A stretch of DNA of 57,989 nt, taken from contig JBHHYI010000005.1 in NCBI GenBank assembly GCA_046757525.1, forward strand, positions 1-57,989. Reading direction: 5' to 3'. The position numbers and the translations under genes are program-made. Shown piece by piece: positions 18,636 through 28,053 of this stretch (positions are counted from its first letter, which is position 1; every line of letters starts with the position of its first letter). The DNA is from a bacterium (GTDB lineage: Bacteria > Zhuqueibacterota > Zhuqueibacteria > Oceanimicrobiales > Oceanimicrobiaceae). The notes beneath the pieces are model-generated. The model made no database searches. It saw only the letters and a list, made by a program, of their open reading frames with translations, and was not told where the DNA came from.

Positions 18636-19835
18636 ATGAAAGACAAAAAATATATCGTTTTGACAGCATTCGGGAAATACCAACCCTATCTCATCGCCGA
18701 TATTTGTAGCGCGGTAACGGACTCGAAATTGAATATCGTTGCTGTGGAGCAAAATGCTTTGCACGGCTTGAACATCATCAGCATGGTCACCGAACCGGTT
18801 GACAAAAGCGAAACGCCCGAAAACGCGTGTCAGCGATTAAAAGAGAACGCGCACTCCTTGCCGGCCGAGGTGAAAGTAGACATCGTCGCAGCCGCGACTC
18901 TAAACGCAGTCGACAAAAACTTGCAGGTGTTTACCATCATTGGTCGAGACAAAGTGGGCATCCTGAAAGCCATTACCAATACACTGGCAAACTTTCGCGT
19001 CAATGTCGAACGGATGCGGCATCTGGCCAGGGGCGAGTTGGTTGCCCTGGAGATGCTGGTAGACGCCTCGGAACTCAGGGATCTCTCGCTTCTGAAAGAC
19101 GTCATTCAACGGACCTGCGACGAAGTGGGTTTTGACACCATCATCCAACCCGACACCCCTTTTCGGCAACGAAGAAGGCTGGTGGTGTTTGACATGGACA
19201 GCACCATCATCGATGGGGAAGTGATCGACGAGTTGGCAAAAGCAGCCAACGTGGGAGACAAGGTTTCCAAGATAACCAAACGGGCCATGGCCGGCGAACT
19301 GGATTTCAAAGAAGCCCTGCGCGAAAGGGTTCGTTTGTTAAAGGGCTTGCCAGTTTCCGTCCTGGAAGAAGTAGCCAGTGGTTTGAAGTTGACTTCGGGA
19401 ACTTATGAATTGATTTCGACTCTAAAAGCTATGGGATTTAGATTAGCGCTCATTTCTGGCGGCTTCGATTTCTTTGCCAATCGATTAAAAGAGCATCTGG
19501 GCTTTGATTATACCTACGCCAATGAACTCGAGATTAAAGACGGCCAGATCACGGGCAACATCAAAGGCAGAATCATAGATCGCGAAGCCAAGGGGAACAT
19601 CGTCAAAGAAATTGCAGCAAAAGAAGGATTGACCACCGACGAGATTGTGGCAGTGGGCGACGGTGCCAACGACGAAATCATGTTGAAAAACGCAGGCCTC
19701 GGCATTGCGTTCAATGCCAGTGAGCTGCTGCAAAAAGTCGCTGACGGTCGTATTACCAATTCGAATCTTTTAGGATTGCTCTATTGTTTAGGGGCCACGG
19801 ATCGGACGCTGGCCAGGGCCAATCCGTCGCAGTGA
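18636..19835 (+). CDS. serB: Phosphoserine phosphatase with two ACT domains
   Basis: VFDMDST, ISGGF, GDGAND motifs; start moved to ATG 18636 because TTG 18561 is the -35 box. Confidence 0.95.
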   Translation: MKDKKYIVLTAFGKYQPYLIADICSAVTDSKLNIVAVEQNALHGLNIISMVTEPVDKSETPENACQRLKENAHSLPAEVKVDIVAAATLNAVDKNLQVFTIIGRDKVGILKAITNTLANFRVNVERMRHLARGELVALEMLVDASELRDLSLLKDVIQRTCDEVGFDTIIQPDTPFRQRRRLVVFDMDSTIIDGEVIDELAKAANVGDKVSKITKRAMAGELDFKEALRERVRLLKGLPVSVLEEVASGLKLTSGTYELISTLKAMGFRLALISGGFDFFANRLKEHLGFDYTYANELEIKDGQITGNIKGRIIDREAKGNIVKEIAAKEGLTTDEIVAVGDGANDEIMLKNAGLGIAFNASELLQKVADGRITNSNLLGLLYCLGATDRTLARANPSQ

Positions 19836-19861
19836 ATTTTCTGTCGAGTCTGCACTGAATC

Positions 19862-21271
19862 ATGAATAAAGCGCTTTTAGCGAATATTCCACAAGTCGAC
19901 CAAATTCTCAATCATGCCAAACTTGCACCCTATCTTGCCAGGCTGAATCGCGACTTCGTACTCAACTGTGTTCGCGAGGAGATTGCGGACGTCAAGGAAA
20001 GGATTCTACAAACTTCCAGCCTGGCTGAAAAATCCAAACCCGATTTGCTGGAGCTAATCGCTGAAAACAGCCAGCAACGCATTCAAACCGGGTTGAAGCC
20101 CAGCCTCAAAAAAGTGATCAATGCCACGGGAGTAATCCTGCACACCGGCCTGGGGAGAGCGCCCTTGCCTGAGGAGGCCCGCAGCAATTTGCTGGAAATC
20201 ACCCAGGGCTACTGCAATTTGGAACTCGATTTGAACAGCGGCAAGCGCGGAGAAAGAATTCAGCACATCGAAACCCTGCTGTGTCAGCTCACGGGCGCCG
20301 AAGCCGCCTGCGTGGTCAACAACAATGCAGCGGCTGTGCTGTTGACTTTGAATTCTCTGAGCGAAGGAAAACAAGCGATCATTTCCCGCGGCCAACTCAT
20401 CGAAATCGGCGGCTCATTTCGCATTCCGGAGGTAATCGCCAAGAGTGGCGCTCTCATGGTAGAAGTTGGCACCACCAACAAAACCCACCTCTACGATTAT
20501 GACCAGGCGATCACCAAAGATACGGCTGTGATCTTAGCCATTCACACCTCCAACTACCGCATAAAAGGATTTACCGAGGAAGTTGAAGTCGGCACCCTGG
20601 TAGACCTGGCTAAGAAACACAAATTAATCGTGGTGCAGGATTTGGGGGGCGGCGTCTTCGTCGATTTGCAAGCCTACGACTTGCCTTACGAACCCGTGGT
20701 GAAACAAAGCGTGGCCACCGGCGTCGACGTGATTACCTTCAGCGGCGACAAAGTGCTGGGTGGGCCGCAGTCCGGCCTTATCGTGGGCAAGAAAAAATAC
20801 GTCGATCGCATTAAATCCAATCCTCTGATGCGAGCTTTGCGCTGTGGCAAATTGACCTATGCCGCTTTAGAACCTACCTTGAAACTCTATCTGAATGAAA
20901 GCGAATTGCTGAAACACAATCGCGTATTCAACAAAGTCCTGGAACCCCTCGAAAGCTTGACCTCCCGGGCACACAACGTGATGCGCAAACTGAATGCAAA
21001 GGTTAAATCTGAATTCGATATCAGACTGGAAGACTCCAAGATTCAAATAGGTAGCGGCGCTTTGCCTTTGGAAGAGATTGCCAGCAAGGCGCTAAGCTTG
21101 AAGGCCACTCACATCTCCACAGAGAATTTGGCAAAACGATTTCGACTGCACCATCCCCCAATCCTGGGCTACATTCGTGGAGACCGTTTGTACTTCGATT
21201 TTCGCACGATTTTTCCTGACGAGGAACCCACCCTGGTCGATGCCATGAAGAAGATCTTGGTTCGGGGCTGA
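19862..21271 (+). CDS. selA: L-seryl-tRNA(Sec) selenium transferase
   Basis: VINATGVILHTGLGRA, VNNNAAA, EIGGSFRIP, EVGTTN, FSGDKVLGGPQ. Confidence 0.96.
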   Translation: MNKALLANIPQVDQILNHAKLAPYLARLNRDFVLNCVREEIADVKERILQTSSLAEKSKPDLLELIAENSQQRIQTGLKPSLKKVINATGVILHTGLGRAPLPEEARSNLLEITQGYCNLELDLNSGKRGERIQHIETLLCQLTGAEAACVVNNNAAAVLLTLNSLSEGKQAIISRGQLIEIGGSFRIPEVIAKSGALMVEVGTTNKTHLYDYDQAITKDTAVILAIHTSNYRIKGFTEEVEVGTLVDLAKKHKLIVVQDLGGGVFVDLQAYDLPYEPVVKQSVATGVDVITFSGDKVLGGPQSGLIVGKKKYVDRIKSNPLMRALRCGKLTYAALEPTLKLYLNESELLKHNRVFNKVLEPLESLTSRAHNVMRKLNAKVKSEFDIRLEDSKIQIGSGALPLEEIASKALSLKATHISTENLAKRFRLHHPPILGYIRGDRLYFDFRTIFPDEEPTLVDAMKKILVRG

Positions 21272-21520
21272 ACCGTGTGGGTCATAGACAACCCAATCAG
21301 CAAAGCCTGACCGCAAACTGCACTCTGGAAGTCGCATTGGACGCAAATCGATTTCGAGCCAAAATTCTCTTCGATCAGACGGTTCTTGATTCGGTATCGC
21401 AATCTTAAAGCGGGCAGGAAGACCGAGCCAAACAAATTCCTGAAATAATTCTATTGATTTCCAGATTCAATTTCATTATTTTCACAATAGATACATTGAA
21501 CTCAAAAGAAGCACAAAAAC

Positions 21521-21859
21521 ATGTCAGAAAAACTCGCTGAAATTGTTCGACCTCTCGTGGAAAAGGGGCAATTTGAAAATTCTGAATCCGCGGTAAGGAA
21601 TTTAATGGTGGACTATGTATTGGGCCAAGTCGAGCGTTACCAGAAACTCATCCAAAAGTATGAAAAGAAATATGGTATGAGATACGATCATTTCAGTCAA
21701 TACCTGAAAGAGCGTGCCAAACGACTTAAAACCGATCCTTCTTTACACAATACATTCATGGTGGAAGAAGAAGACGCCCTCGAGTGGAAAATGGCTACTG
21801 AAATGTTGCAAAGCTGGTTGGGCATGAGAGATATGATTCATCATGAGCCAATTGAATAG
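21521..21859 (+). CDS. Putative antitoxin (TumA-like)
   Basis: YEKKYGM..D.F and EEDALEW pattern typical of DUF6516 partners; AT-rich. Confidence 0.65.
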   Translation: MSEKLAEIVRPLVEKGQFENSESAVRNLMVDYVLGQVERYQKLIQKYEKKYGMRYDHFSQYLKERAKRLKTDPSLHNTFMVEEEDALEWKMATEMLQSWLGMRDMIHHEPIE

Positions 21860-22249
21860 CTTTTAGCTGATCTTCTTTCTGTGTTAAATCAACCTGACGT
21901 TTGCAGAAACTCAAAAATCATAGAAACTACCTACTTTTCCCAGGAGCAATTCTCTTTAAAAATTCGAACCAACCTTGTTCCCTCATCTGCACTCCAGACA
22001 AGAATCTATTTCAACCATGGTCATTTCGATTACTCTTACCAGCTTTTCTCTGATTCACCTCTGTGCCGATGGGACAATGCGCAGCATTTCCCTGAGCTAA
22101 CATCCTTCCCACACCATTACCACAACGTAGATGGCAAAGTGCTCGAATCTCCACTCAAAGGGAGGCCTGTCGAGGACTTGCGTCGCGTCTTAGCCGAATT
22201 AGAGAATCTCCTGCCCCCAAAGAAAGGAACGCGGCAACCTCCTGTTTGA
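21843..22249 (+). pseudogene. DUF6516/TumE-family toxin, probably frameshifted near its start (open frame 21881-22249)
   Basis: YSYQL..RWDNAQHFPELTSFPHHYH motif; ATG 21843 joins the main frame only with one extra T in the run at 21861-21864. Confidence 0.6.
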
Positions 22250-22300
22250 TTTATAAAGAATCCATCAAGATTGGCCTTTGGCACTAATCCCCAAAAGGGG

Positions 22301-23530
22301 TCAGTCAGACTTAGTTTTATTCGAGTTGGCCGCGTAGTCTGCCACTTGCTGCCAAACCCGCAGCACATTGCCGCTCAGGATTTTTGCGATATCTTCTTCT
22401 GAATAGCCACGTTTTAACAAGTGAAAGATCAGATTGGGGTAATCCGCGACCGATTTTAAACCCACGGGTAAAGAATCGCCAACCCCGTCAAAATCAGAAC
22501 CAAGTCCCACGTGATCGATGCCCACTAGTTTTACCACATAATCGATGTGGTCCACCACGTCTTCGATCTTTGCGTGGGGATAGGGATTGGCCTTTTTGTA
22601 CTTGTCCATTTCTTCTTTGACTCTGGGGTCGTCTTCATCTTTTGCCCCGTATTTCTTGACGATTTCTGACTGGTGTGCCCTGAATTTCCCACTGTATTCA
22701 TTGGCTGTCTTGGTCAGAAAAGAAGAACCGAAATTAATCTGAATGACGCCGCCCTTCTGGGCCAACAGTTTGAGCATGCTGTCATCCACATTGCGCTCCC
22801 ACCCGGGCGTGAAATGGCGACAACTGGAATGGGAACAGATGGGTGGTGCTTTTGTCACCCGCAGCACCTGGTAAAACGTAGAGTCGGAAACATGGGAAAT
22901 ATCCACCATGATGCCCAAACGGTTCATCTCCGCCACTACTTTCTTGCCAAAAGGGCTGAGGCCGTTCCAGCCCTTGTTCTCATCGTAGGAGGAATCGCAA
23001 ATCAGATTTTTCTTGGCGTGCGTCAGGGTAATGTAGCGGATGCCTTTGTTGTAGAAATAGGCCACATTGGCCAGATCGTCCTCGATTCCCGACCCATTCT
23101 CCATGCCATAAGGCAAAGAGATGAGGCCCTTGCTGAAATTGTCGCGCACGTCCGCCGGGTTTGACGCATGAGCAAATTTATCCGGGTTAGCCGAGATGAT
23201 GCTGTCCATCATGGCGATGAGCATGTCAGCCTTTTTCTTTGAGGCTCCGGGTGTTTTTTGCAATTCGGCCGGCAAATAGATCGACATGAACGGCGCATTC
23301 AATCCCCCCTGTTTGGCCCGTGGATAGTCGAAATTGCCTTTCTCCGTGGCCTGGGACACATCTTCCATTTCCTCTACCAAACGATAAGGAACGTCGATGT
23401 GACCGTCCAAGATTATCGTGGATTGCGCAATTTCTTCAGCTTTTTTGTGAAGTTCAGCATCGCTTTTCGGAGTTCGCTCACAACTTACCATAAGAAATAG
23501 CCCCAAGATTAAGATAGTTAGAGTTTTCAT
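22301..23530 (-). CDS. Membrane dipeptidase (peptidase M19), lipoprotein
   Basis: DGHID, GMENG, VDISH, SHS, GLGSDFDG; MVSC lipobox; GGAGG RBS. Confidence 0.95.
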   Translation of the reverse strand: MKTLTILILGLFLMVSCERTPKSDAELHKKAEEIAQSTIILDGHIDVPYRLVEEMEDVSQATEKGNFDYPRAKQGGLNAPFMSIYLPAELQKTPGASKKKADMLIAMMDSIISANPDKFAHASNPADVRDNFSKGLISLPYGMENGSGIEDDLANVAYFYNKGIRYITLTHAKKNLICDSSYDENKGWNGLSPFGKKVVAEMNRLGIMVDISHVSDSTFYQVLRVTKAPPICSHSSCRHFTPGWERNVDDSMLKLLAQKGGVIQINFGSSFLTKTANEYSGKFRAHQSEIVKKYGAKDEDDPRVKEEMDKYKKANPYPHAKIEDVVDHIDYVVKLVGIDHVGLGSDFDGVGDSLPVGLKSVADYPNLIFHLLKRGYSEEDIAKILSGNVLRVWQQVADYAANSNKTKSD

Positions 23531-23568
23531 AAATCCCTCCTTTGAAGTAAACGGGTTCGCTACCGCGC

Positions 23569-25296
23569 TCAAAGTTTGCCGGCCAATACCACTGTCTTTT
23601 TCGCGGTCTTGAGAATGCCTGACTCTGCATTAAGGGCTTGCAAAAATACGATGTAGATCCCTGTGCGGGCTTTCTGATTGTCGTTGTCCATACCGTCCCA
23701 AACTATGGCGTTCCGGGAACCCGAGGCCTGGTTGTTAGCCAAAAAACGGATGAGCCTGCCTCTCACATCGTATATTTTTACGTTGACAGCCGCCGTCGTC
23801 AGGGGCAATTCATAACTGATGACGGCGAAATCGTCCTGGCCATCGTTGTCGGGTGAAAAGGGGTCGGGAGTCACAGTGAGGGTGACGTCAGAAGGAAGCA
23901 CCTGAGCAAACAGACTGTTCTGCGCGCCAGGCGTGCCCCCCGCCAATGCCACGGAGGTGCTCCAATTGGTGCTGTCATTAGAACTCAAATTCGGGTTGAT
24001 TTTTTCCAGGGAAAATCCGGAGCTTCCACCCCAGCTTCTCAAATAATCTACCTGGTCAATTCGGTTCCCCGTCAAGTCGAAAAGAACAACCCGGTCGAAT
24101 TCGTTGTTCAACGTGGGCCAGTTTTTTAAAATAGTTAGGGAAGTTGCGGGAAGTGAGAATAACTGCAGAAGCGAGGAATCCTCGGCCACCACGAAATAAT
24201 CGCGTGAATTGAGCACCACGTCCTTCTCGACAAAAGCCCTGGTATTAGTGTCCGAATCGCTAATGGCCCAGTCTTTCAAATGAATGGCCCGGCTGCTGCG
24301 ATTGTACAATTCAACCCATTCGGCTTGATTGGACAAAGGCGAATACATGATTTCATTTATGACGATCGCTCTCTCTTGAAAGCTAACCCGTAATTCCCGG
24401 TGGGCAATATTGTTGCTAGCGTCCTCATCGCCGGACGAGTCGACGCTAACCAGAATTACGTGCTGGCCAGGCAACACGTTTTGCCAATCGATGGCCAAAG
24501 TGACCGAATCTCCCGGCAGAAGGGCTTCGTTGACCAGAAAAGGCCTGGAGAGCTCTTCACCCATTTCGGGTACGAAATCTCCATCCAGGTCCTCGAAAAA
24601 CCCTACCTGAAACCCGGACACCGCATCTAAACCTGTATTCCGAACGGTTGCTGTTATGGTTACTGAACCACCTGAATGAACTTGCACAGGTGAAAAAAGG
24701 ATGTCTTTTGCAAAAATTGCCAGATCATTTTCCAGAGGCGAAACGCTGTTACGGGCCCCTGGCGTTCCAAAAAGCGTTCGGCTATCGGCCCAATTATCAC
24801 TGGAGTTGGGACCCGTCAAATCTATTTTTTCATCAGAAAAACCAGGCGAGTTTCCCAACGAATAGGTGTAACTTGACACCACCGTTCCATCAGGGCTGAT
24901 CAAGGAAACGGTTTCAGCGTTTGAGTTGGAAAGTCCACTGCTGCCAAAAGTGCTGTTGTCGATGGTTAGAATCAAAGCTCCTGCGGGGATGAGCTCGTCG
25001 TAGGTGTCAGAGTGGTCGAAGTAGGAGGCGTCCAAAACAATGCCGAATTGCCCGGGACCCAATTCGGTCCCCTGATCGACAGCCACAATATTGTCCACCC
25101 CGAAACCATCCGTGAGTTGCCAGCCAGAAAGATCTACCGCCACGGAATCTGCCAAATTGGCCACTTCAACAAATTCATCGTGGAAATCGCTTCCTAAGGC
25201 ATCAAACATGATTTCAGACAAAACCACCTGGGAGTCCGCCGTGGAAAAATGACTCAATAGAAACAGACAGGGTAGCAAAGCAACTGTTATTTTCAT
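23569..25296 (-). CDS. Secreted lamin-tail-domain / CARDB protein with T9SS-B/FlgD-like C-terminal domain
   Basis: Two V.ISEIM..E.VE.N..GTPG..NS domains; PFSPDNDGQDD..IYDVRG..WDG..GIY tail. Confidence 0.85.
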   Translation of the reverse strand: MKITVALLPCLFLLSHFSTADSQVVLSEIMFDALGSDFHDEFVEVANLADSVAVDLSGWQLTDGFGVDNIVAVDQGTELGPGQFGIVLDASYFDHSDTYDELIPAGALILTIDNSTFGSSGLSNSNAETVSLISPDGTVVSSYTYSLGNSPGFSDEKIDLTGPNSSDNWADSRTLFGTPGARNSVSPLENDLAIFAKDILFSPVQVHSGGSVTITATVRNTGLDAVSGFQVGFFEDLDGDFVPEMGEELSRPFLVNEALLPGDSVTLAIDWQNVLPGQHVILVSVDSSGDEDASNNIAHRELRVSFQERAIVINEIMYSPLSNQAEWVELYNRSSRAIHLKDWAISDSDTNTRAFVEKDVVLNSRDYFVVAEDSSLLQLFSLPATSLTILKNWPTLNNEFDRVVLFDLTGNRIDQVDYLRSWGGSSGFSLEKINPNLSSNDSTNWSTSVALAGGTPGAQNSLFAQVLPSDVTLTVTPDPFSPDNDGQDDFAVISYELPLTTAAVNVKIYDVRGRLIRFLANNQASGSRNAIVWDGMDNDNQKARTGIYIVFLQALNAESGILKTAKKTVVLAGKL

Positions 25297-25432
25297 TGTA
25301 TGTAGAGGGAATGTCCTGACTTAAGAGCAAACAATTTTAACGAATTGCAACGATAAAATCAAGACATTTCTGACGGAGCGCGAAAATTGCAGACTCGCCT
25401 GCAGCTTTGAAGTAGAGGCAAGATGCTCAAGC

Positions 25433-25954
25433 TCACAAGTCCTGAATAACTTTGGAGGAAGGATTCATTCTATTAGCCGAGATGTTGCGGCCATTGGTAA
25501 GCAAGAACCTGGCTAAGGCAAATATCAGAAACCCCAGGATAGCCTGGAACAGAAAGAAAGCAAAAAGTTTCAGCCAGGCAAATCCAGGATGTACGAATCG
25601 CACCAACCACCCACTGGCCTCGTTAAGCAGGGCGAAAGTAAATGCGCTGATGATAAAAGACACCTTAGTTTTGGTAGTATATGGCGCGAAAATGAGCAAA
25701 TGGGTGAGCAACAGCACCACCAGGGCCATCATCGGTAAATGCGAGTGTGTTACTTCGAGCATCGATTGGTAGGTACGTGGCATTCGATACAGCTCTTCGG
25801 AACCGAGATAGTAATCCATCACCGATTTGGGCGTTATGCTCATCTTTGCAAAATACAGCCCAAAGTTAGTTATCCAAAAGCCAGTGAGAAAGATTAGCGT
25901 AAAAAGAAGCGTGAGCTGCATGAGTCTGTGACTCTGGAATCCACCTGTCTGCAT
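25433..25954 (-). CDS. Four-TM membrane protein with His residues (possible cytochrome b-like)
   Basis: Four hydrophobic segments; EVTHSHL, LLTHL, FVHP; ATG 5 nt after the upstream stop. Confidence 0.7.
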   Translation of the reverse strand: MQTGGFQSHRLMQLTLLFTLIFLTGFWITNFGLYFAKMSITPKSVMDYYLGSEELYRMPRTYQSMLEVTHSHLPMMALVVLLLTHLLIFAPYTTKTKVSFIISAFTFALLNEASGWLVRFVHPGFAWLKLFAFFLFQAILGFLIFALARFLLTNGRNISANRMNPSSKVIQDL

Positions 25955-25959
25955 ATACT

Positions 25960-26526
25960 TCACTTTGCGTGATCCTGGGAAATAGCGACCTGGTAAATAG
26001 CCAATGTTTTGCGCACTCCCTGTGTAATAGCCCGGGCTGAAAGCGTGGCTCCGGTAATGTTGGCAATGTCGCGTTTGGGCCAAAGCCCGACGCTCAGCAA
26101 CCTGGATTTGAACAGCTCCAACCACCGGCGAGTCGGCAAGTAATCAAGGGGCTCGTGAAAGGCCAGAATTTCAACGTACTTGACGCGACCATCTGACTGG
26201 AGCACCACAACAAAAGTGACCGACTTGGTTCGGACGACTCGCATGTCAAAAAAGGCATAGCCCGTCACCTTGAGAGAATCGGAACCGACGTAATAGGTGA
26301 TCAGCTTGGAATCCACTTTTACTTTGGCCAATTTCTCTATGCGGCGTTTCTGCCCCTCCGTCAGAAACAGAACTTTCCTGGCCGTTCTTTGAGGTGCTGG
26401 AAATGCTTGCTCTAGGGCCTGTTTCTGAGTTTTGAACATCTGGGCGAAAGCGCTCGAGGTCATCAATGACATTACCAAAACTGTTTCTGATATGAGTCGA
26501 GCGCGGCCGAGCACAGTTATTTTCAT
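25960..26526 (-). CDS. Exported FMN-binding domain protein
   Basis: Signal peptide; F.EP.DY and ITGATLS flavinylation-type motif. Confidence 0.88.
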   Translation of the reverse strand: MKITVLGRARLISETVLVMSLMTSSAFAQMFKTQKQALEQAFPAPQRTARKVLFLTEGQKRRIEKLAKVKVDSKLITYYVGSDSLKVTGYAFFDMRVVRTKSVTFVVVLQSDGRVKYVEILAFHEPLDYLPTRRWLELFKSRLLSVGLWPKRDIANITGATLSARAITQGVRKTLAIYQVAISQDHAK

Positions 26527-26535
26527 ATGGAGATG

Positions 26536-27837
26536 CTAAAACAGATAATTTACCGCTAAATTGAATTGGTCCACTTCGGTATTAGCATTGTTGTCGCGAT
26601 TGATGTAATCAAACTTGAAAGCAATGTTGGGGTGTGGCTTGTAGGTCAATCCCACCGTTAAGAATGTTCGATTTCTTGCCGGATCTTGCGCAAAACCCGT
26701 TGGCACGCTATCCTGGGTATTGAATTTCTCAATTTGAATAAAAGGTGCCAAGTAATGGGTAGCGCGCGGAAATATGCGCGGCAGAACGTCGTAGGCTACC
26801 GTCAGATAATAGCCACGCTGTCTACCACCGATGGCGTTGCTGCCGGTCAATCCTAAAGTACGATTCAATCTGGTAACATCTGCAATGTTTGATTGCGCGT
26901 AGAATCCACGCAACTCCAGGCCTTTTTGGGCAAACAACAAGTGCAGCGAAAACAAACTCAATCGTGCGCCAATTTTCTTCCCTGCATCATCGACCAAGTC
27001 TTGACCACTATTGCCGACATAAAATGAGCCTCCGATATCGAGTCCATTAATCCCGTTGTAGTTCAGCCGACCGGTGATTGCCAAATCTTCTGCCAGCGCC
27101 TTCGATCCGTTCTGTCTACCGCCACGAATTCCATTTGAACTAAACTTTGCTGCATACAGGCCCTCTATAACATAAAGCTTAAACCCGATACCATTGTTGA
27201 AGGCGCCTAAGAAACCAAACCCATTGGCTCTCCAAGTCGTTGGTATTATGCGACGCTCTGTTTCAGGCCTGAGAACACCATGGAAGGTTGACGGTTCATG
27301 GGACTCGTTAATGATGCCTACCGGCACCAAAACCATACCCGCACGGAAATTGACAGCGGGGTGCAACGTGGCTTCAATGTAGCCGAACTCAACAGCCACC
27401 TCGCCTTCAGAGCCTTCACCTGTTTTCGCATGTTCAAACTCGATTTCCGAATTGAACAGGAATCTATCATTGAATCGAAATCCCAGGTAGGTCACGTGTC
27501 TCAAAAAGTCTATTTGGTTAGATTTGGAAGACCTTTCACCGTTGTCCCTTTGCTCGCGCAGGTTTTGATAAACTACTTCGCCGTAGCCAGAAAGGGAAAC
27601 GCCCGACCTAACAGACTGGTAAATCTTGGATGCCGCTGGCCCCATCCCATATCGACTCTCGTACTTAGGTTCAGCCACTTCCCTCAAACGTAGTTTTTCT
27701 ATTTCCTCGGTTAATATGTCAATTCTGCGCACCAATTCCAGCAAAGTATCCTGCTTGGTTGCTTGTTGACCAAAGACCGGCACCGAGCCAATCTGGTAGC
27801 ATAGAGTGAAAAAAAGAAAAGCAAGTCTATATCCCAT
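26536..27837 (-). CDS. Outer-membrane porin-like beta-barrel
   Basis: N-terminal coiled coil, SGYGEV, FNSEIEFEH, PVGIINESHEP, terminal NYLF. Confidence 0.85.
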   Translation of the reverse strand: MGYRLAFLFFTLCYQIGSVPVFGQQATKQDTLLELVRRIDILTEEIEKLRLREVAEPKYESRYGMGPAASKIYQSVRSGVSLSGYGEVVYQNLREQRDNGERSSKSNQIDFLRHVTYLGFRFNDRFLFNSEIEFEHAKTGEGSEGEVAVEFGYIEATLHPAVNFRAGMVLVPVGIINESHEPSTFHGVLRPETERRIIPTTWRANGFGFLGAFNNGIGFKLYVIEGLYAAKFSSNGIRGGRQNGSKALAEDLAITGRLNYNGINGLDIGGSFYVGNSGQDLVDDAGKKIGARLSLFSLHLLFAQKGLELRGFYAQSNIADVTRLNRTLGLTGSNAIGGRQRGYYLTVAYDVLPRIFPRATHYLAPFIQIEKFNTQDSVPTGFAQDPARNRTFLTVGLTYKPHPNIAFKFDYINRDNNANTEVDQFNLAVNYLF

Positions 27838-27881
27838 GACAAATAGTTCTCCCACTGGTGTTTAAGATAGCCATTATAACA

Positions 27882-27966
27882 AATAAGAATCATTCTGATT
27901 ATTATTTATTGAGACTCATTCTCAATTAGTCCGCTCAATGATAAACATTTCCCAACTAAATGTCAA
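27882..27966 (-). promoter_or_regulatory. Sigma-70 promoter with Fur-like boxes
   Basis: TTGACA (27966-27961)-17 nt-TATCAT (27943-27938); palindromes ATTGAGACTCATTCTCAAT (27908-27926) and AATAAGAATCATTCTGATT (27882-27900). Confidence 0.8.
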
Positions 27967-27982
27967 GAGATTTTTGTTTCAG

Positions 27983-28021
27983 AAAAAAAAATGCGCATTG
28001 ACAAGCAATCATCAATGCGCA
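27983..28021 (-). terminator. Intrinsic terminator of the M23 gene
   Basis: TGCGCATTGA/TCAATGCGCA stem followed by a 9-T run on the minus strand. Confidence 0.8.
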
Positions 28022-28053
28022 CCTTATGTATTGTTAAGATTAATAAGAGCTGA

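Noticed and set aside
21272..21450. Short ORF of about 43 codons after selA
   Set aside because: No RBS or recognisable motif; possibly a gene remnant but unsupported
4688..21859. Genome-wide TAG reassignment explaining both toxin lesions
   Set aside because: Many intact genes here end in TAG at the expected position (e.g. 1392, 6378, 15898, 34278)
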